Positions 59,465 through 64,000 of a DNA stretch of 64,000 nt are shown piece after piece. The stretch is from an uncultured virus (IMG/VR IMGVR_UViG_3300034096_001156) (taxonomy: Duplodnaviria; Heunggongvirae; Uroviricota; Caudoviricetes): IMG/VR virus record IMGVR_UViG_3300034096_001156, one strand, 5' to 3'. The notes under the pieces were generated by a model, which saw only the letters and a program-made list of their open reading frames with translations, made no database searches and was not told the DNA's origin. Each line of letters starts with the position of its first letter. Position 1 is the stretch's first letter. Position numbers and translations under genes: made by a program.

Positions 59465-60178
59465 CTAACTAATCTCTAAGTCGTTAGCGTCAGCAAAGTC
59501 ATAGATGTCCATGTACCAGTCTGACCATTCATCAGGGTCAGACAAATTGACTTTATCGACTGCCCACCGTCTCGAAAAATATAGTCCTGCTTTCCACTTG
59601 TCAGGATATGGATGCTTTGCTTTTTCGGTATCGTTGGGAGTAAGAATAAACTGGAGAATGTCTTTTCCCCATTTACCTTTTTTGATATTGTAAAAGCAAG
59701 ACAATGCGTTAATTAAGTCGTCGCACTCTTGTTGGTAGTCAGCAAAGTTTTCTGGCAGTTTAAACTTAGGCTTTTTAGCCATCGGTTTTTTATCTAGCTT
59801 AGGTTCTGGTTTGGTTTCTGGTTGATTGGTTTTTAGTTGCTTATTTTCCTGTTCCAGTTGATAAATACGCGTATGTAATTGAGTAACAGATTCGTTTAGA
59901 ACTGTTATTTGATCTGTTTCTTTTTGCAGTAGAGAAACTGTGCATTCAAGATCGTGTATTCGCTGCTTTAAGGCTTCCTTTTCAATCCATGCTTTATTGA
60001 ACTCTTGGTATTCTAAGTCAGGTTCACCTAACAACCAATCAACGAGCGCAACCTGTCTTTTTTCAGAAAAAGATAACTCGCTATCAGTCTTTAGTTGGTT
60101 GTCAATTTCTTGATCCTCTTGTGGGATGTATTCGCAATTTCGGAGGTAGTCTTCATCAAACGATTTATTGTTAGCCAT
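59465..60178 (-). CDS. coiled-coil hypothetical protein
   Basis: Promoter cassette upstream. Confidence 0.6.
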   Translation of the reverse strand: MANNKSFDEDYLRNCEYIPQEDQEIDNQLKTDSELSFSEKRQVALVDWLLGEPDLEYQEFNKAWIEKEALKQRIHDLECTVSLLQKETDQITVLNESVTQLHTRIYQLEQENKQLKTNQPETKPEPKLDKKPMAKKPKFKLPENFADYQQECDDLINALSCFYNIKKGKWGKDILQFILTPNDTEKAKHPYPDKWKAGLYFSRRWAVDKVNLSDPDEWSDWYMDIYDFADANDLEIS

Positions 60179-60341
60179 GATTTATTACTTCGTGTGTTTT
60201 GGTTACTTCCTATTGTGGATCATTCTCCCAATAAAGTCAAGTATGTGGGAGAATTATTTTTGAGCGTTTGTACTACTTGTTAATCCCAAATAGTTGATGA
60301 TGATAACTGATAACTGATAACTGATAACTGATAATTGGTGA

Positions 60342-60710
60342 TTAATACTCACTAGGGAGAATTAAAACACCTTGTCCAGTTCCCATATCACACAAATAAA
60401 GAGTGATTCCTGGAATGGGAAAATCGGTCAAAGGTATCTTTTGAGTGATTACGGGTTCATCTGTATCTCGCTCACAGATAAGAATCGCTGACTGATCAGG
60501 ATTAACTTTTAACTTCCATATTTGAAGTTGTTTTAAATCAAAATTGTCTTTGATTTTTGTTTCACTTTGCCACGAAGCAATCGCATCAAGTAACCAATAG
60601 GCTCCGTTTTCTGCTAAATATTTGACTCCGTCAGTATATAAAAAAGGGTAGTTTTTATTACTATAGTAATTTTCTGTGCTACTAAATTGATCAAGATTTT
60701 CTAAGTTCAT
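60342..60710 (-). CDS. DUF6876-like protein (start MNLENL)
   Basis: YTDGVKYLAE..AYWLLDAIAS...TDFP...LPSEY. Confidence 0.7.
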   Translation of the reverse strand: MNLENLDQFSSTENYYSNKNYPFLYTDGVKYLAENGAYWLLDAIASWQSETKIKDNFDLKQLQIWKLKVNPDQSAILICERDTDEPVITQKIPLTDFPIPGITLYLCDMGTGQGVLILPSEY

Positions 60711-60767
60711 TTTGTTACTCCTAAGTGTACTACTGATAACTGATAACTGATAACTATTAATTGACAA

Positions 60768-61088
60768 TTAATTAAGAAGCTCTAAAGCTTTTTCTGTAGC
60801 AATGTCTGACCCAAATTCTTTTATCGAGGCTTCGAGTGTTTCTCGGAAAGAATCCAAATCTCTTTCCCAGATTTCTCCTGTTTCCTGAACTTCTAAAACC
60901 TGATCCAATCCGCAAGCGTCAATAGCGTCCCGATTTAAGAAAAAAGCGTCGTTAGTGTGTTCGTAGGAAACAGTGCAAACACCGTTCGGGTATTCGTAAG
61001 CTAAAAAGGTGTAGGTTTTTTTTGTTTCTTCTGAATTGATCTCACAGGCAAACTCTTCTGCAATTACTTTTAAAGTTTTTACGATCAT
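60768..61088 (-). CDS. hypothetical protein
   Basis: AGGAG RBS, promoter cassette. Confidence 0.6.
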   Translation of the reverse strand: MIVKTLKVIAEEFACEINSEETKKTYTFLAYEYPNGVCTVSYEHTNDAFFLNRDAIDACGLDQVLEVQETGEIWERDLDSFRETLEASIKEFGSDIATEKALELLN

Positions 61089-61161
61089 TTTTGACTCCTT
61101 TGTTTTTGTTTACTTTTCTATTATGGATCGTTCCCCCAATAAAGTCAAGTGATTGGGAGAA

Positions 61162-61512
61162 TTATTTCTGAGCATTTGTACTACGTCTTTGTTTGTAGCG
61201 TTGGTGTTGATCCTGTTTCCGCTTAGGATCAAGTTCTCGATGTTCTAAACAATACCCAGATTTGTTTCGGGTATTAAGTGCCGTAAATTTACCTAAAACT
61301 AAGCAGGCAGCACAATATTTAGTTTCAGGGATAATTATCTCTACAGAGAAATTAATCCCTTTTATTTCAGGCTGTTTATCACAGATTAAAGCTACTCTTG
61401 TTAGGGTTATGCCCGACAAAAAGTAATCTTGTAACTCAACAAGAGTATACTTTTGGAGAGAAGATTTTAAAATTTCAAAATCTTCTGATTTAAGGGACAA
61501 AATTAGAATCAT
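61162..61512 (-). CDS. hypothetical protein with CxxC/CxxH and basic tail
   Basis: CAAC...GYCLEH...RYKQRR. Confidence 0.55.
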   Translation of the reverse strand: MILILSLKSEDFEILKSSLQKYTLVELQDYFLSGITLTRVALICDKQPEIKGINFSVEIIIPETKYCAACLVLGKFTALNTRNKSGYCLEHRELDPKRKQDQHQRYKQRRSTNAQK

Positions 61513-61574
61513 GGTGGCTTTTGTTAGTGTTAATATGAAACGGGGATAATTCCCCGTTTTGACTTAGTTGCTTA

Positions 61575-61961
61575 TTACCAAATGCTATAAAAGTGATAAC
61601 CGCCTTTTATAGCCTCTACGCCGCTGAAATGGGCGTTATTGTGTTTGTAAGCGGCGTATATCTCTTTTTCCGTCGGCAACTCTAGGGACAAATCAACTAA
61701 AGCCGTCACGCTATAGAGTGTGTCATGACATCCGCGAGCTAAACCCCCCGCAGGAACCTTAACTAGCTCTGAGACATAGATAGTGGTGTAATTTAGAACG
61801 TCAGCCATATTATGACCGTGTTTTGTCTGAATAGCTTTTGCTATAAAACTAGCAATTGCGTGACTTCCCCAGTACCATCCGTGGGGACCGATGTAACCAT
61901 CTTCGTAAATACGAAGTTTGTTGGCTTTAAACTTTTTAAATCCAGTTTGTTCTGTATTCAT
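61575..61961 (-). CDS. hypothetical protein
   Basis: ORF followed by hairpin CGGGGA-TAAT-TCCCCG. Confidence 0.55.
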   Translation of the reverse strand: MNTEQTGFKKFKANKLRIYEDGYIGPHGWYWGSHAIASFIAKAIQTKHGHNMADVLNYTTIYVSELVKVPAGGLARGCHDTLYSVTALVDLSLELPTEKEIYAAYKHNNAHFSGVEAIKGGYHFYSIW

Positions 61962-62036
61962 GATTTATTTTCCTAAGTGAGGTACTTAAATTAAGCAGTT
62001 TACTGACTTGCTTAGGTCACTAAATTTTAAAACCAT

Positions 62037-62930
62037 CTAAGGAAAGATAAATTTTACTGGCATAGATGCAACCTTATCCTTAAATGCTTCTAGGGTAATA
62101 ATTGCATCGTATTCTTTACGGGAAAGCTTATCCTGTAAATACTCATGGTATTGAGATTTTAAGTCAACTATTTTTGACTGCCCCCAATCACATTTCGAGA
62201 AAAATTCTAATTCTGCATAAAAGTCTTTACTAGGATGAGACTTAAACTCTTCACAGAATGCAAGAAAATGATTATAAAGTAAATTCTCGGAAACGAAAGG
62301 ATTATCATCGGTTTGGGAAACATATAACCGCATAGTGTAATCTCGATTTTCCTTGCCATTACCAAAATAAATTGTAAAATCTACTTTGTCATATAGCCCG
62401 TTACTTGGCAAGTTTTTAGGGTCATTTTTGTACCAAGATTGTATATGTTTGATGAATTGATCATCGGAATTAAAAACAGAACTATTAAAAACAATTGATT
62501 CTATTTTGTATTCGCTTGGTTCATCGACTTGTTCTATTTCTGCTATTTTTTCTTCATAGTATCCGTCAGGAAGTACACTAAAAAACTCGTTGTTAGCCAC
62601 TTTATAGAGGTCAGCGTAAATATAGGGATCGTATTTTTCGTTCTCGATATTTAGCATTACTTTAATTTCATCAAACATTGCGTCTAAGTCGTTATTACTT
62701 ACGCTAACAATAGTATCTCCTGTATATCCACCATCAAGAGAATCTGAAACGTAGCTATGATATTTATTAGTAACCAATTTAATTTCTGACATTGTATAAG
62801 AAGAACCTATTAACCCTTTGACATCTACAGAAATCTTATCAATAACACCTTTATTAGTTTTTACAGAAAACTTTAACTCTGGGAATGCTTGGGTTAGTTC
62901 TTTCTTTAGTTGCTGTGCTTTGGTAGCCAT
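62037..62930 (-). CDS. hypothetical protein with LPD29-like and LPD25-like domains
   Basis: LKKELTQAFPELKFSVKT; YDKVDFTIYF. Confidence 0.5.
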   Translation of the reverse strand: MATKAQQLKKELTQAFPELKFSVKTNKGVIDKISVDVKGLIGSSYTMSEIKLVTNKYHSYVSDSLDGGYTGDTIVSVSNNDLDAMFDEIKVMLNIENEKYDPYIYADLYKVANNEFFSVLPDGYYEEKIAEIEQVDEPSEYKIESIVFNSSVFNSDDQFIKHIQSWYKNDPKNLPSNGLYDKVDFTIYFGNGKENRDYTMRLYVSQTDDNPFVSENLLYNHFLAFCEEFKSHPSKDFYAELEFFSKCDWGQSKIVDLKSQYHEYLQDKLSRKEYDAIITLEAFKDKVASMPVKFIFP

Positions 62931-63086
62931 TGTTTTAATCCTTGTGTGTTTTGTTTACTCTTTTATCTTAGATCGTTCTCCCATAAATGTCAATAGATTG
63001 GGAGAATCTTTTCTGAGCGGATGTACTAATAAAAAACACTTAGCTTAGTTAAGCGTTTCTTATTGCTGACTAAGAGATAAGTGTAC

Positions 63087-63770
63087 TCATGAAGCTTTAG
63101 CCTTAATCTTGTCATCAAAAGCATCTATGATGTTTTGCCCTATTTTTGCTTTTTCAATTGCGCTAGACTTATTCCATTCTAAGTAAGAACCTGGAATGTC
63201 AATGTTAGCGGCGACCAACTTTTTGACAGCTAATTTAGCTGCTTCTTTTTCGCTTAGATTTTCGTACTTAACTGGGTTTCTAGTTTTAAATCCTACACTA
63301 GACATTATTTCTAATCCTGTTGGGATGTGATGAATGCTGTAAGCGTCATTTTCTCCCGCAGAAATCAGATAATCGCCCAACGCTTCTCCTTTTACTTTTC
63401 TAGTTTTACCTTCTTTGTTTAGAATAGATATAGTCTGTTTGGTAAATTTTGTGTTATCGATTACTTCTTGAAACTTATTTACGCATGGCATCTCACAAAA
63501 GAGATTTAATTCTAATTGTTTGGCTCTGAGTTCAATTACTTGAGTTTCGGCTATATTAATTTGAGGCTTAGATTCATTAATTGCCTTTTCTGGTTTCCGA
63601 TGAAATTCGTCTTTAAATGCTTGTTTTTCCTCGATCCATAAACAGTATTTTTCTGTTAATCCTCTTTTATTCATTTCTTGTTGGTATTGATCAACCCAAT
63701 AAACTACCTGTAAAAGGAGATGGCGATCTCCCCATTGAATATCTTTTTGCGTTCTAAAGTCTCTTTGCAT
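63087..63770 (-). CDS. hypothetical protein (may extend upstream)
   Basis: ORF; IHHIPTGL motif. Confidence 0.55.
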   Translation of the reverse strand: MQRDFRTQKDIQWGDRHLLLQVVYWVDQYQQEMNKRGLTEKYCLWIEEKQAFKDEFHRKPEKAINESKPQINIAETQVIELRAKQLELNLFCEMPCVNKFQEVIDNTKFTKQTISILNKEGKTRKVKGEALGDYLISAGENDAYSIHHIPTGLEIMSSVGFKTRNPVKYENLSEKEAAKLAVKKLVAANIDIPGSYLEWNKSSAIEKAKIGQNIIDAFDDKIKAKAS

Positions 63771-64000
63771 TGATTGGGCAGCTAAAGAATACTTCCATCC
63801 GTCAATAATTTCTTTGTCTGTCAGTTTAGAAGATGGTACTTTGCAGTGTTTTTTAAGGGTAGAAACACTAACAGGGATTTTAATAGTTATATCTTTTACC
63901 TTTATTTCTTTTTTGGGCTTTAACTGCTCAATAGCTGATTCTACTTTTAGAATTTCTATAACAATCTTAGCCTTGGCACGATTGCCTTTTGTAATTTTAA

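Larger units (their letters stand above)
60205..63030 (-). promoter_or_regulatory. three copies (about 60205-60276, 61110-61184, 62955-63028) of a promoter with TTCTCCCA-N15-TGGGAGAA palindrome around the -35 box
   Basis: Arms at 60223/60246, 61131/61154, 62976/62999. Confidence 0.8.
1..64000. mobile_element. cyanobacterial siphovirus-like (pro)phage segment; ends not visible
   Basis: Portal, capsid, tape-measure, tail tube, endolysin, primase and helicase genes; dense co-oriented ORFs; no housekeeping operons. Confidence 0.92.

Noticed and set aside
57200..64000. Complete DGR
   Set aside because: No reverse transcriptase, Avd or AAC-rich template repeat recognised in the window

Overview
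The whole window looks like one continuous segment of a tailed (siphovirus-type) temperate phage, prophage or phage-plasmid of a cyanobacterium. The host is probably Microcystis-like, judging from nblA, (CAGTTAT)n heptamer repeats, a cyanobacterial-type tRNA-Ile2 and an FGE-sulfatase gene. Almost all genes are on the minus strand. Recognisable modules: head (portal, morphogenesis, protease-like, major capsid), GH19 endolysin, GTA-like tail tip (DUF2460, DUF2163, NlpC/P60, J-like, DUF2793), SF2 helicase, TOPRIM/DUF3987 primase, an XRE/RHH switch, ParB-like and RecT-like genes, two tRNAs around an orphan HigA-like gene, a TnpB, tail tube and chaperone genes with a -1 frameshift, and an early region with repeated promoter/operator cassettes. 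No terminase, integrase, reverse transcriptase or CRISPR array was recognised. The most striking item is a 4,487-aa tape-measure protein carrying about six inferred enzyme domains: hydrolase, protein kinase-like, ART/DUF3626-like, permuted M23, lytic transglycosylase and class A beta-lactamase-like. Also notable are an orphan DGR-type target gene, a TnpB whose 3' end carries a long hairpin and a clamp-binding tail, and an amber-interrupted repressor. All domain calls come from motif recognition by eye, not from database searches.
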